NCBI GenBank assembly: GCA_951406725.2
Contig: OX597815.1
Location: forward strand, 149,854,001-149,918,000
DNA from: Octopus vulgaris
Taxonomy: Eukaryota
Length of the DNA: 64,000 nt
Reading direction: 5' to 3'
Shown here: positions 39,856 through 53,322 of the stretch, piece after piece
Layout of the letters: every line of letters begins with the position of its first letter
How positions within the stretch are numbered: the first letter of the stretch is position 1
The notes under the pieces: model-generated
Database searches by the model: none
Seen by the model: the letters and a program-made list of their open reading frames with translations, nothing else
Told to the model about the DNA's origin: nothing
Position numbers and translations under genes: made by a program

Positions 39856-40446
39856 TCTCTCTCTGCATTTTCCCCTTTCATCTCCTCCTCCGCCTTCTTC
39901 TCTATGTCTCTCTCTCTCTCTCTGTCACTCACGCTCAATCTCTCAGTCTTTTCAATCCTTCGTCTCTCCCCCCCCCATCACGCTATTTCTCTCTGTAACA
40001 CTTCTCTATATGTGATTACAGCATCAGAGAAAAAGAATATCATTGCCGGCTGACGATTATAGCATAATAACGACAATGAAGAAGGCAACCACGACGGCGA
40101 TGGCTATGAAGATGTTGAGGATGAGGATGGGGATGATGATAATGTGGAGGGGGAGAAGGAAAAGGAGAACCAGGATGGTAATGATGGCGGTGATGGCGGT
40201 GATGATGATTATGATGATTATAATGCTACTATTGTTCTCTTAGTATGATTCTGAGCGGTCTTTTGTCATGTTTTCTTGTTTTTTTCCTGTTTTCACAATC
40301 ATCATAATTTATTCAGTGTGTTTCCATATCCGCCTTCTATTATGGCTCTTCCTCATTCTCATTAACATAAGCTAACAGTGAACACTCTTGTAAATATATT
40401 TATTACGTCAACATGATAATCTTAGCACCATCACCGCAAAATATTT

Positions 40447-40481
<35 letters not shown>

Positions 40482-40981
40482 CCATCGTCGTCTTTATCAA
40501 CGCTGTTAAAATGTTCAATACTTTCACTATCGCCATCATCATCATTATCATCATCATCATCATCATCATCATTTAAATCACCATTACCATTGCATTTGAG
40601 TTAAGCAGAATCCACGTAACCATCAATATCAAACAAGCCAAAAACAGATCGTATCTATGTTGTTGCACGATTTGCTTGAAAGAAATGCCAAAGTCATTCA
40701 TACCACCCTTTCCGGGGCTACTGTATTTGAATTTTTACTATCGGGTAAACTAATTTTATGTTATTACATAACTCACTTCACAATTTGGGTATTCATAACT
40801 TCTTGGGAATTGTTAAAAACAAGATCTTGTGTAAGATAGTTCGATATTCTCTGAAAATGCACAAAAACCGTTTTAAAAGCTACATACTTGGAATTGTTGT
40901 TACTAGATTAGCGAAACAATTATGAGAACGGAACCAAAGGATAAGCCCCGCTTTCCTGGGAATTATCGAGTGCGTCAGCTA

Positions 40982-41022
<41 letters not shown>

Positions 41023-41269
41023 TAACATATGGTATAATTATAAACACGGCAATTTTTAGCCATTTCTCCGCAGAGTGAAAATAAAAGTGACGAAAAACTT
41101 TAATCGATTTTCAGGCCTTATTGGATTCTCATTAGAGGTATCCACATCATCTTCACAATCTCCAGAAAAAAGCAAGAAGCCAAACCGTTTATATACTCTA
41201 CAAAAGCAGCAGTTACTCTTTGAAAGAGTCCCTAATTTGCATACCGAAGATTAACATTCTATAAATACT

Positions 41270-42750
41270 AGTCGCCGCCTGTCAACAGGTATCTTAGTTG
41301 CATCACAACATTATAACCGGGTATTGACGTTACCAAGACCTTTGGCAAAGTTGATCATGACATATGTCACAAACTACGTGACCTAAGTATCACTGGAAAA
41401 CCGCGAGAGTGGCTGCACGAGGTTTTAAAATACAAGTCGGATAGCCGTAGCCAATGGTAAACGCTCTGGTGAGACATTTATCCGCTGCGGAGCTCCTCAT
41501 GGAACAATACTGGGATCACTACAGTTTGTGTTGGCTCCAGTCGTATAGACACAGTTTGTGTCCTCCAGTCGTATAGACACCCACTCTCACCAGGTACATT
41601 AATGAAACAAATGCATCACAGCCGGTCAAGGACCCTGACTACATAAAAACTACAAAACGCCTTGTATGCAATATACAAATGGACTGATCAAAAGAACATG
41701 CCGTCCATTGCTGATTAGTTTCCAGCACTCCGCTATTGGCCTACAAACAAAATACAATAGTGAAATCCCAGAGTTCGAATCAATGCATAATCTGGGAATC
41801 CACATAAGTAATAATCCTTTCTACTATAGGCGCAAGGCCCGTAATTTGGTAGGAGGGAACTAGTTGATTACATTGACCCCAGTAGTTTACTGGTACTTAA
41901 TTTATGGACCCCAAAAGGATGAAAGGCAAAGTAGACCTTGTTGGCATTTGAAATCAGAACGTCGCGGCAGACGAAATACTGCTAAGCATTTCGCCTGGCG
42001 TGCTAACGACTGTGTCAGCTCGCCCCCTTCTACATGAGCAGATAATGCAAAGTCCATTGGTATATTTCAAAGATGGGAACGTTGTGCAGGTGTGTAACTG
42101 GATGGATTCTTAGATCATTCAGAAAAAGAAATAAGGATACCTTGCTCATCCTATGGAGAAGTTCTGTTCTCAGTCATCTGGACTACTTGCTGCCAACTGT
42201 GGTCGCCGCGGAACATGATGCAATCAATGGCTACCACACGTAGAAATTTGATTCGGTGAAACAGATAAGCTACTAGGAGAAGCTAAAAGAACTGAAGCTC
42301 CACTTCCTGGAGTGAAGGGGAGAAAGATATGCAGTGATATACATACGGAAGTCTCCGGGAGATCAAGCTTCAAACTTAGAATTAAATGCAATACAAACGA
42401 CCGAAATGGATGGCACTGCATAATACAAAATTTGCCGTCTTTCCCTCTAGAATGAATCAGTATTGCAATAGCTTTTGTTTCAGAGGACCCCAGCCGTTTA
42501 AAGTCTTGTCAGACAACCACAGAAATTTTGGAGGTGTAGATGTTGAAACGATCAAAATCGATCTGAACAAATTCCTTTTCGAAATCCGAGACAAACCCAT
42601 ATCGCGGCAGGAGACACAACGCAAACAGCGACTCCATCCAACAGGAATCCTTATGAGAAACTGTACAGAAAGGAGACTCAAACACACTGAAAAACGTTGT
42701 TCCATCGTGGCCTCAGCTGTTAGCTAAGTCCAGTAAAAGAATAAAGGAGT
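41270..42750 (+). mobile_element. Highly degenerate CR1-like LINE fragment (element A family), interrupted by a SINE at ~41820-42030
   Basis: GACCTTTGGCAAAGTTGATCAT (F.KVDH), CHKLRDL, WILRSFR, LDY..QLWSP, YCNSFCFRGPQ. The tail CGTGGCCTCAGCTGTTAGCT resembles the A tail. Confidence 0.75.
41820..42030 (-). mobile_element. SINE family 2 copy nested in a LINE fragment
   Basis: Reverse-complement of the family 2 head and core; LINE sequence resumes on both sides. Confidence 0.8.
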
Positions 42751-43158
42751 ATACATGCGTGTGTGTGGTACCCGCTAAATGTTTAAATTCAAGAACTGAA
42801 CAATTTGGTTCATATCCATATGTCACAAAATACCTGTTACGGTTTTGGACCCACCAAGATCACGGCTACAATCCACATTTCTACTATGTTCCAGCACAAG
42901 CTTTCCCATATGTTTTAACTTCCATGAATTTATTATTTTTTATTTCCTATATATATCGTTTCATTTTTTTCCGTTTTCCTTTTTAATTATGTGAGTATGC
43001 GTGTGTATGTGTGTGTGTGTATTTATAAATATGTATATGAGTATGAGAATGTGTACGGTGCATAAATGCGAATTTCATGCACACGTTTCTTTCATTTATT
43101 CAGATGTGCATATCTTCGTATATATGCAGCTGTAGGTGTGTAATAGGAGGGTGTATAT

Positions 43159-43189
<31 letters not shown>

Positions 43190-44114
43190 GATAAGAAAGT
43201 TGGTTTGTGAAAGCACGTGGTTGAATATATAGAAAATAGTAAAAAGTGAAAAAACTACAGAAGGCTTAAAGGTTAAAAAATATATATATTTGCGTCAATA
43301 TGTCTGAAGAATATTGAAAATTTTTTTCTTACAATGACATAATTTAGAAGAAAGACCGGTTTCGCGTTTAGCTTTTCAAATTTCTTGCGACGTTATGTTT
43401 ATCTTGAACAGAGTTATCTTTATGTCTATTTTAAAAGAGTTCTAAATAAGGGAAGGTAATGAGTGATGTCTTCCGGTGTAAGGGAGATAATCGCTTAAAA
43501 TTTTTTTTAATTTTTTTCCTTTCCCTTGGTGTATATATGTACACATATATAAAAATATGCATGTACATATATATATATAAATATATATACACATATACAC
43601 ATATACACCTTCCAGTCACACATATATATATATATATATACAAAAACGTATATTTATACGTATATATGTCTAAATATATATGTATTATGTAACATGTATG
43701 CATGTACGCAATTATGAGGACGAGATTGTGTGTGTGGATATGTCTGTATGTATGATTACTACATACATGTATGTTTGTGTGTGTAAGAGCATGTACGTAA
43801 ACCTGTGTGTGTATGTGTACGTATGTAGACGTTGTGAACGCAGGAGGTTTATATCTATGCATTGTCAGAATATAGTAGCATATTTTTTTTCTACCAACTA
43901 GAGTAACCGCCCTCTTATTCAACGGTTTCTCATAGCATATGCTGTCATTAATACCTCGACGAGAATGTATCGTGGCTCTTCACACCGATATTTGAAACAC
44001 TGAGTACTATAATGACAAACATTTATTTTTCTTTTAACTTATAAAATATAGAAATAATCCACTATTTATCTAACAGAGATATCTCATTCTTTTGTTGTTA
44101 CTTTTATTATGATC

Positions 44115-44197
<83 letters not shown>

Positions 44198-44729
44198 GTA
44201 TATATATATATTTATATATATATATGTATTCACACACATGTATATGTGTGAGTCTTTGCATCTGAGTTTGGCACCCACCACTAGGGTCAAACATTAGCAG
44301 TTCTGCAAAGATCCCGATACAATAAGCAACACATTTTTGAAAAAATACACGGTGTCGATTCCTTCGTATAGAACATTTCAAGGAGGTACCACAGCGTGAA
44401 TTGCCATCCAAATATTAAAACAAGTAAAAGATATAAGATACATATCTATCTACCTATCCATCGGTCTAACTGGTTATAGGTTGTGGTTATCGAAACGGCT
44501 GTTGTGATAAATGAAGTTTCCAGTTTTCGTATCCATTGTTTCTATTATACTCAAAGTACACTTAGGAATTCCTATTGTAAATCCAGCTACGATTGTACAG
44601 TTACCGTGATAAGCTCAGGTACCCTTAGTCAGCAAAAGTGGTTTATCCACATGCTACTCGGGATACATCGAAGATGATAATTTTAAATATTAGATTTAAA
44701 TTTAAACTTCAATTTTAAGTTGTATATAT

Positions 44730-45120
44730 GTGCAGGCGTTGCTTTTGTGGTAAAAATCTTACTTCCCAACCATATGGTCATGATTTCAGTCCCACTCTGT
44801 GATACCTTGTTGAAGTGTCTCCAACTATAGCTTCCGGCCGACCAAGGTATGTATATATGTGTGTGTGTATATATATAAATGTATATGTGTGTGTGTGTAT
44901 GTGTGTGTGTGTGTGTGTCTGTCTGTCTGTCTGTGTATGTATATGTTCGTGTGTCTGCGTTTGTCTCCCCACCGTAGCTTGACAATTGTCGCTGGTTTGT
45001 TTACCTCTCCGTACCTTAGCGGTTCGGCAAAAGCGATGACAGAATAAACACCTGGGTGTTTCTTTGGTCGACTAAAACGCGTGGCTGCAGTGAAATTGCT
45101 GAAACTAGTGAAAGAATGAA
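44730..45120 (+). mobile_element. SINE family 1, diverged copy, tail-to-tail with LINE B
   Basis: Head, body and tail similarity to 38088-38460. Confidence 0.8.
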
Positions 45121-45218
45121 ATAATTTTTTTTTTTTATCATATATATACTTTGATACTTTGATAGGTTTTGATAGGCCATGTCTAACTTAATAGCACCAC
45201 CTGGTGAAGTCTTTCAAG

Positions 45219-48200
45219 TCAGAATTTGGGCACTATGGCCCACTCAAGTAGAGAGTTATTGTTTACAGAGACATATCCGGGTGTAGGGGGTTTATCCGGG
45301 ATTTCTTGAAGGAATCTGTCCAAAGACTTCTTGAACCCTATAGGGTCAGTTTCTGTTTTAATGTGTTTTGGTGTAATGTTAAAGAGAGCGGGGTCAATTG
45401 AGGTGAAATAATTGTGCCGTATTGTTGTTATGAGATGAGAGTGCGATTTTTGTTTTGGGCGGATGGCACGGGGCCCAAGCCTTGGATGTACCCTAAAGGT
45501 GATGCCAACATCATTTGGGCAATGCTGATGGAATATTTTCCACATCATGCAGATGATGTAGCGCTCACGACGACGTTGGAGAGAATAAAGTTTTAGCTTT
45601 TCTAGTCGACCCCAATAGTCGAGGCCTGTCATGCCATCTATCTTTTTTGTGATTGCCCTTTGAGGTGCTTCAACTTTTATGATACCTTGTATTGTGTGGG
45701 GAGACCACAGTGGACAACAGTATTCAAGGTGGGGTCGGGCAAAAGTGGAGAAGAGAAGGATAATGGTGTGGATATCTCTCGACTGGAAAGTTCTGAGAAT
45801 CCAGGAACACATTCTGCGGGCCATGTCAACTTTGGTGTTTATATGAGTGGCCCAGCTCATGTTGTTGTCCACAATTACTCCCAAGTCTCTGATGTTGTTT
45901 GACGCCGCGAGAGTTTCACCTGAAGGAAGGGAGTATGGGAGTTTCAGGGCATCCTCTTTTCCAAAGTGGATTAACTCAAATTTATCCTCGTTCAGCAGCA
46001 TATTGTTTTTTTCTGCCCATTGGATAACAGCCAGTAGATCTGACTGAAGGCATGTCCGGTCACTCGCCTCATTTATGACCTTCTGTAGCTTGGAATCATC
46101 TGCAAAAATTTTTATGTTGCTGTGCTTGATGATGTCATTAATGTCATTAATGTAAATGATGAAAAGAAGTGGGCCCAGCACAGTGCCTTGCGGAACGCCA
46201 CTACTGACTTTGGCTGGGCTTGATTTTACCCCTTCAACTACAACATGTTGAGATCTGTCTGTCAGGAAACACTTGATTCATTTCAGTAACTTTCCAGAGA
46301 CACCAATGTTGTATAGTTTTTTCAATAGGATCTTGTGATCGACCCTGTCGAAGGCCTTACTGAAATCAAGGTAGATGACATCGGTGTTGGAGCCCTCTCC
46401 CAAAGCTCTCAAAATGTCATCAAAGTGATGCAGGAGCGTTAGGCAGTCCCTTCCATTACGGAACCCATGTTGGTTGGAGATCAGCCGTCTGTTGCTTTCC
46501 AGAAATTGGGTTATTCGAGATCTCACCACCCTCTCAAATACCTTGATTATATGAGAGGTGAGTGAGATCGGACGGTAGTTCACTGCAAGGGACTTGTTTC
46601 CCTTTTTGAAAACTGGGACAACAGACTGGGACAGAAGGTTTTTTGGAATATAGCCAGCATCCAGTGAGTTTCTCCACAGATTAGCAAGGGGAGATGCAAG
46701 TTGGTGTCGACACACCTTCAGGACACAAGCAGGGAACCTATCGGGGCCTACTGCTGAATTGTGTTTTATTTCGTTTATCGCCGCTAAGACATCAGGGGCA
46801 CTAAACGTTATGTCCGATATAGTGTGTTGGGGGTTGACATCACTGATACAGCCCAGATCGGCCATATCAGGATTGCTGAAAACAGAGCAGTATTGTTTCT
46901 GCAGTATCTCGGCCATGGATTTGGCATTATCTTGGAGAGTGCCAGTTTCGTCAATTAGAGGGCCTACAGTGGAGACAGTGACCCTGCGTTTCCTCGCAAA
47001 TGAAAAGAACACTTTGGGGTTGAGTTTGATTTTTTCAATGGCCCACTTCTCCTCAGCTGATCTTTGGTTATTGATGAGGGTCTTCATGCATTGTTGGAGG
47101 TTATATTTTTTGGATTCAAGCAGTGCGATAGCCGTCGAATGTGTGTGTTGCTGTTGGCAGTACTTTAGTTTGTTAATTTTTTTGTTTGTTCTTTTTATTT
47201 TTCTGATAATGGTTTTTCTGTTTTGGGGGATTCTGCACTTTTTGTTCACAGGTCTTGGTGGGGAGTGTTTTGCACATATGTCTGTGACGGTGTCTACAAA
47301 GATCTGCCAAGATGTTTTATGGTTGGTGGAGATGTGTGTATGTGTAAAGGACCAGTCAACATGTGATAGCTCGTTCCTGATTGCATCCCAGTTGGCATTA
47401 TGGAGATCCATGTTGTCAAATGGGTGGGCTGGAGGAAGGTCACTAGGATTAGCTTTCGGCTGGTGGAATTTCATGTTACAGAGAACCATGTCATGGTCTG
47501 AAAGAAGGGTTTTTTCCACTGTAACGTTATGTATAGTGTTAGTGTGGTTACTAAACACTAGGTCCAAAATGTTCTGATGTCTTGTTGGTGCAAGGACAAG
47601 TTGGGACAAGAAAAACTCATTCGTAAAATCGAAAAGTGACTCTGCTGCTTCTTTGTCAGCGGTTGAGGCGGGAGTGCTTGGTTTCAAACAGTTTGTAGTC
47701 CAGTCAACACAGGGTAGATTGAAGTCTCCCATCATGAGTATGTTGCTAGAATGGCACTGTTGAATAAAGCACTTAATGCTGTTGAGGCATTCTTTAAAGC
47801 ACAGTATGGGTGTTTGGGGCGGCCTATAGAGCCCAATTACTGTCAGGTCGTTGGCTTTGTTGTGCACGGTGACTGATTCACAGTAGCCGTTGGAGAATAT
47901 ACTATTTCCATCTGCCGTAAATGAATCATGCAGGAAAATGGCAGTTCCACCCTTCCTCCTGCCGATACGATCCGCGCGGATGGTTGTGAAATTCTTCACT
48001 CTCACTTCGGCTTCCAAGTGGGAGTTGTCAAGGTGGGTCTCAGTGAGAATGAAGAAAGGGATGTGGTGTGAATGGTTACCAACCCAGTCTTCAATGAATT
48101 GGACCTTCCATTTTTGTGCATTGATGGAAGGGCTGACACCTTGTGCATTGAGTAGGAATGTGGAGGTTAGTGTAGTGGCTGGTTTTGACTGTTGCAGGGG

Positions 48201-48455
48201 GCTTGGATTTTTTGTGTGTGTTAGTGGCAGCAATGTGGGGAATTGGTGCACTGGGGTAATAGCATAGGATGGTGTTGAGTGATGGCTAGAATGTTTTTGT
48301 GTATCTCTTTTGCCATGTTCAACATGGCTAAAAAGAATTTTCCTGCTTAGGGAGCAGTTTTTGGCTGGAGGTGTGGTTGCACTGTTGGATAGGGTTGTAG
48401 TTTCCACTTTTGTTGTTGTTGTTTTTGTGTCTTCCTGAAAAGACTGGACCAGCAT
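45219..48455 (-). pseudogene. Element B ORF2 (APE endonuclease + RT), interrupted by one in-frame TGA at 46278-46280
   Basis: ORFs 46278-48455 and 45219-46181 are in the same frame, reading LLK*IKCFLT (probable TGG>TGA). Motifs: FLLN, LTETHL, YRPP, GDFN, LDL, SDH, GPD, YRPISLTS, QHGFR, YLDFSKAFDRVDH, LGPLLF, FADD, RPHLEYCCPLWSP. Confidence 0.93.
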
Positions 48456-49449
48456 TACTGCAGCATGGTGTGTTTCTATTTTTATTTTTATTCAGGTTTG
48501 TGTGTTGGCTTGAAGCCCCGTTTCTGTTTGTGCGTCGGGTCCCTGGAAGATGAGTGAAGGGACAGTCACTCAGCAGACATGTTCTCTCACGTTGGGAATA
48601 CCGGCAGATTTTGGGACTCCGAGTTGTGTGTGTTTTGAATTTCGATTTACTATTTGGTGGTGTTGATGTTATTGTGGGATGCGTGCTTTGGCCTTGGCCG
48701 GTAGTGCGTCTAGTGCCGGGTAGATGCGTGAAGATGCAGTCACTATTTGTGCAGAGTCTCTGGCGCAGTGAATAGCGGCATATTTGGGGATTTCTTGTTT
48801 GTGCCGTGGGGGGCGCATTCTGCTTCCTATGTTTCTTTAAGTTTTTGTTACTGCAGTAGTATTGAGGTGGTGATGTGGGGGAAGAGGGCAGTGGTTTCTT
48901 ATTTGGTTTTCTGTTGGTATTTTTGGTGATAGAAGACGATGGTGGCAGCGGTGGTGATGATGATGATGATAATCGTGGTGGTTGCCGTGACAGCGGTGAA
49001 AAGATACTGGCATTTAGTGAATCATCTAGTAAGCTAGAGTTGAGGAGTGGCTGTTGTTGTTCTTGTTGCTGTGGCTGTTGTTGTTGTTGTTGTGCTTGAC
49101 CGATGTCAGGGTCAGCCATTGTGCTGGGAACCAGGAGTGGCTCATTCTGTTGTTGTTGTTGTTGTGGCTGCTGATTTTCTAGCTGTTGCTGTTCTTGAAC
49201 TGTGAAAATATGAAGAAGCTTTTCATAATGGCCTTTTGTTAGTTTGAAAGATACTTCGATATGTTTCAGTTTGCTACGAATCTGTTTGACGGATCGTGTG
49301 TTGACCACTTGTGATGTTTTTTCGGCAATCTCATTCAAACACAAAACATTTAGATTTTCTGTTTGGGAAAGAGAGAACCATGTGTTTATTAAAACATCAA
49401 TTTCGTTATCAGACCAATTTCGTCTGTTGCAGGCCTGCAAGTTAGTCAT
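48328..49449 (-). CDS. Element B ORF1: Myb/SANT(trihelix)-like domain, Q/P/S-rich linker, two CCCH zinc fingers
   Basis: ATG at 49449 (MTNLQACNRRNWSDNEIDVLINTW...IAEK...RSVKQIRSKLKHI). Duplicated module CRYSLRQRLCTNSDCIFTHLPGTRRT / CRYSQRERTCLLSDCPFTHLPGTRRT (C-x8-C-x4-C-x3-H). Confidence 0.82.
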   Translation of the reverse strand: MTNLQACNRRNWSDNEIDVLINTWFSLSQTENLNVLCLNEIAEKTSQVVNTRSVKQIRSKLKHIEVSFKLTKGHYEKLLHIFTVQEQQQLENQQPQQQQQQNEPLLVPSTMADPDIGQAQQQQQQPQQQEQQQPLLNSSLLDDSLNASIFSPLSRQPPRLSSSSSPPLPPSSSITKNTNRKPNKKPLPSSPTSPPQYYCSNKNLKKHRKQNAPPTAQTRNPQICRYSLRQRLCTNSDCIFTHLPGTRRTTGQGQSTHPTITSTPPNSKSKFKTHTTRSPKICRYSQRERTCLLSDCPFTHLPGTRRTNRNGASSQHTNLNKNKNRNTPCCSNAGPVFSGRHKNNNNKSGNYNPIQQCNHTSSQKLLPKQENSF

Positions 49450-49511
49450 GTTTGTTTTTCTTTTGTTTGTTTTCCTTTTGATTTTTGAAAATATATATAT
49501 TCTTTCTTGGG

Positions 49512-49622
<111 letters not shown>

Positions 49623-49941
49623 GCACTCAGGAATGTACAGTTACACATATGCACGTCCATATGTGAGTGCATATGTGTTTCTCTTTATGCATGCGTGTGT
49701 ACTTTATATTTGTAGAACAAATTCTGCCATTTTTGCATGTCGTGCAGCGCTAAATATAGCGTGCAGTGCTAAATATCCTACATAACCTTTTAGAACCTGT
49801 GAAACCTATTTCTGCTCACCTGCTTTTTTTTTTACTTTTTTTTATGAGATTTTATATGTGTTTTTGTAAAATAGAGGCTTTCCAAAAACGAAGACAACTT
49901 TTGTCTCATTAATCCAATATATATACACGTGTATGTGTGTA

Positions 49942-50019
<78 letters not shown>

Positions 50020-50096
50020 CATGCTTTTTAATGAAATTTGCAGGTGTTTTCGCGAAGTACTATAGGAAGAATATATGAGTCAAGGTAAATAATGTG

Positions 50097-50482
50097 CTTT
50101 TCTACTCTAGGCACAAGGCCAGATATTTTGTAGGAAAGCGAGAGTCGATTAGATCGATCCCAGTATGCAACTGGTTCTTAATTCATCGACTTCGAAAGCA
50201 TGAAAGACAAAGTTGACCACGGCCGAATTTGGACTCAGAACGTAGCGGCAGACGAAATAGCTATTTCTTTACTACCCACAAAGGGCTACACACAGAAGGA
50301 ACAAACAAGAACAGACACAGGGATTAAGTCGATTACAGCGTAACTGGTACTTAATTTATCAACCCCGAAAGGATGAAAGACAAAGTCGACCTCGGAGGAA
50401 TTTGAAATCAGAACGTAACGGCAGACGAAATACCGCTAAGAATTTCGCCTGGCGTGCAACATTTCTGTCAGCTCGCCACCTT
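50097..50482 (-). mobile_element. SINE family 2 dimer
   Basis: Same two-unit layout as 31395-31863. Confidence 0.8.
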
Positions 50483-50659
50483 CAAAGTAAAGAAGGTAGC
50501 AGCTACAAAGAAAGAACTACAAAAGAAAAGAAACGCGTCATGGGTAGAAGAAAATAACAAGGAAATACAAATCATAAAAAAGGATCACCGTCATTTAATG
50601 TGAAAGCTTCATATCATCCTGAAATTATCCTTTCTTCTAATAATTGTATTCTTATATTT

Positions 50660-51036
50660 TTTTACTTGTTTCAGTCATCGGAGTGCGGCCATGCTAGAGC
50701 GCCGCCTTAATTCGAAAAAATTGACCCTGGGACTTATTCTTTTGCCGGACCGCAAATTTACGGAGACTTAAAGACTCTAACATCAGTTGGCAAAGCCATG
50801 ATGGGCGTGGCGAACACAGACACGCACACACACACACATTGCGCGCGCACATACACATAGACACACACACACATGTATATACATATATATATATATATAC
50901 ATACATACGACAGGCTTCTTTCAGTTTCCGTCTACCAAATCCACTTGGTCAGCCCAAGGCTCTAGTTGGAGACAATTGCCCAAGGTGCCACACAGTGGGA
51001 CTGAACTAGGAACCATGTGGTTGGGATGCAAGCTTC
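50660..51036 (-). mobile_element. SINE family 1, diverged copy
   Basis: Reverse-complement similarity to 38088-38460. Confidence 0.8.
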
Positions 51037-52060
51037 TTTATTTCAATATTGTTGCCATAAAGGCATTACAGAGAAGGGACACTACAACACATGTGGGGGT
51101 CATATAACAATTAAAAATATATAAAAATAAAAATACCATATAATATTATGAATGATACTTGAAAATGAACATGAAAAACAAATTAAAATTATAACATGCG
51201 TGATTGTTGAAGATGAAAATATGAAGAGTGCGCTACTCACCCCACACTGAGCAACACCACTCGCCGTCTCTGAGTCCTAATTTCCTTTTAGTCTCTGTTC
51301 CATTTCCGCTATTGCTCTCTGAGTGCACACTCTAGTAACCTTTTTCACCGGGAGAAGGAGGTATTCTAAATTCAGAGGCGTCTACTCTTTTCTTTTCTTT
51401 ATTTCCTTTGAGGAAAAGAGTGGGTGAGTTTGGTGTCTGTGTGGGGAGGATGGATCTGAGTAATCTTGGGTGGGTTGCAGTTGGACTGGAGTACCGCATC
51501 ACACACAGTGTTCTTTCTTTTGTCTCTTCTTCCTTCTACTCTCTGTTACTCTCCATTCCTCCTCCTTTTCCTCTTTTCCTATCTTTTCTCTTCCGTCTCT
51601 ACAACTGTTTCCTCTGATATTGTCCACTGTAGAGGGGAGTATGCTCTAATGTTGCCCTTTTGGCCACATTTAAAACAACGTGATACTCTGCCCTGTACCC
51701 AGACTCTCAGCACAATTTCCCCCAACGTCACCGTCTCAGCTAAACTCTCCAGTTGTCATTCCTCCGCCTGTATAATTAGTTCTTGTGTCTTCCCTTTCCA
51801 ACTTCCTTCTTCCGTTTCTGTGTCTTGAAGGACAGCCACCTTCTCACTTCCAACAAGGACTGCCACCGCCCCCCAAGCCACTTCTAGATCAGGTGGGATT
51901 GCTTCTACCCTTACATTGGAATTCTTTCTTCCAAGGTATGTGGGCAGAAGCCCTACTTCCTCTGTTTTCACCGCCACACTCTGGCATGTTTTTCTACAAT
52001 AGCTGTGCATATGGTGCATAGATCCTTGAGCAAAGATCTCGTTATAAGCCAGCTATATCA
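51035..52060 (-). mobile_element. Tx1/L1-like retroelement relic: gag-like ORF1 with decayed CCHC knuckle, short 3' region with AATAAA
   Basis: ORF 51756-52019 continues past TGA into ESLAETVTLGEIVLRVWVQGRVSRCFKCGQKGNIRAYSP (decayed C-x2-C-x4-H-x4-C). No RT follows. Confidence 0.6.
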
Positions 52061-52230
52061 GTCAGGAAGAAAAAAGTTTGCTATCCTTAATAAAGTTTAA
52101 TACATTCCACTATTTCTATTGTCGAAGACGATAGAACTGTTAATTATAATTATCTTTCACTAAGAATATTCCTCAATTCTTCGGCATTGGCATGTATAAC
52201 AACAAATATCCTTTATTTACGCGGCTCCTC

Positions 52231-52326
52231 AATTCCTCCACTCTGAAGACTGCATATATGGAAATGTTTGCTCAATGTCTTGTGCAACATGTGCAAAATG
52301 ATTCTAGAAACGGCTGTAAGAGAATT
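52231..52326 (+). ncRNA. Hammerhead-like motif with canonical core and long stem II
   Basis: AATTC..CT-CTGAAGA-C-TGCATAT...ATGTGCA...GAAAC-GGCT-GTA-AGAGAATT; the base of stem II is imperfect. Confidence 0.45.
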
Positions 52327-52707
52327 TAAGAATTATATCTTAATCCCTTATTTGCACTAAAAATTTTACAAATACGGGGGAATTATGAATTGCATTTCCT
52401 GCACTGTAACCACATGTTTTGCTTAGTCGTCCTTTCTTTCTAATACAGTCGAAGTTTTCGTATTTAACTAACATAAGCACATATGTTGCACACCTATTTT
52501 ATTACGTCATTAGACTGGACTTTATATATAATTTATATTTAATACAATTGTTCAACAAACTCCGTTTGTTAATTACTCGCAACAACATGCATATTGGAAT
52601 TATATATCAGCAAGTTTCATATATATTTCAGGACTGTGGATTCATATTAGTAGCAAATAGTAGAGGCAGGCAGATTAATTGAACATAGAGAGCAGGTGAA
52701 ACTAAGT

Positions 52708-53322
<615 letters not shown>

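Larger units (their letters stand above)
45150..49510 (-). mobile_element. Near-intact full-length CR1-like LINE (element B)
   Basis: ORF1 and ORF2 (APE+RT) are colinear. The 3' UTR ends in short tandem repeats (CCTATCAAAA CCTATCAAAG TATCAAAG). The 5' end abuts a (TATC)n array. No target-site duplication seen. Confidence 0.96.

Noticed and set aside
40043-40243. Acidic or Met-rich ORF-like stretch
   Set aside because: Degenerate (GAT/GAG)n low-complexity sequence with no supported exon structure.
46759-47577. 272-aa plus-strand ORF (and other antisense ORFs over the LINEs)
   Set aside because: Antisense shadow of LINE ORF2 with no recognisable motifs.
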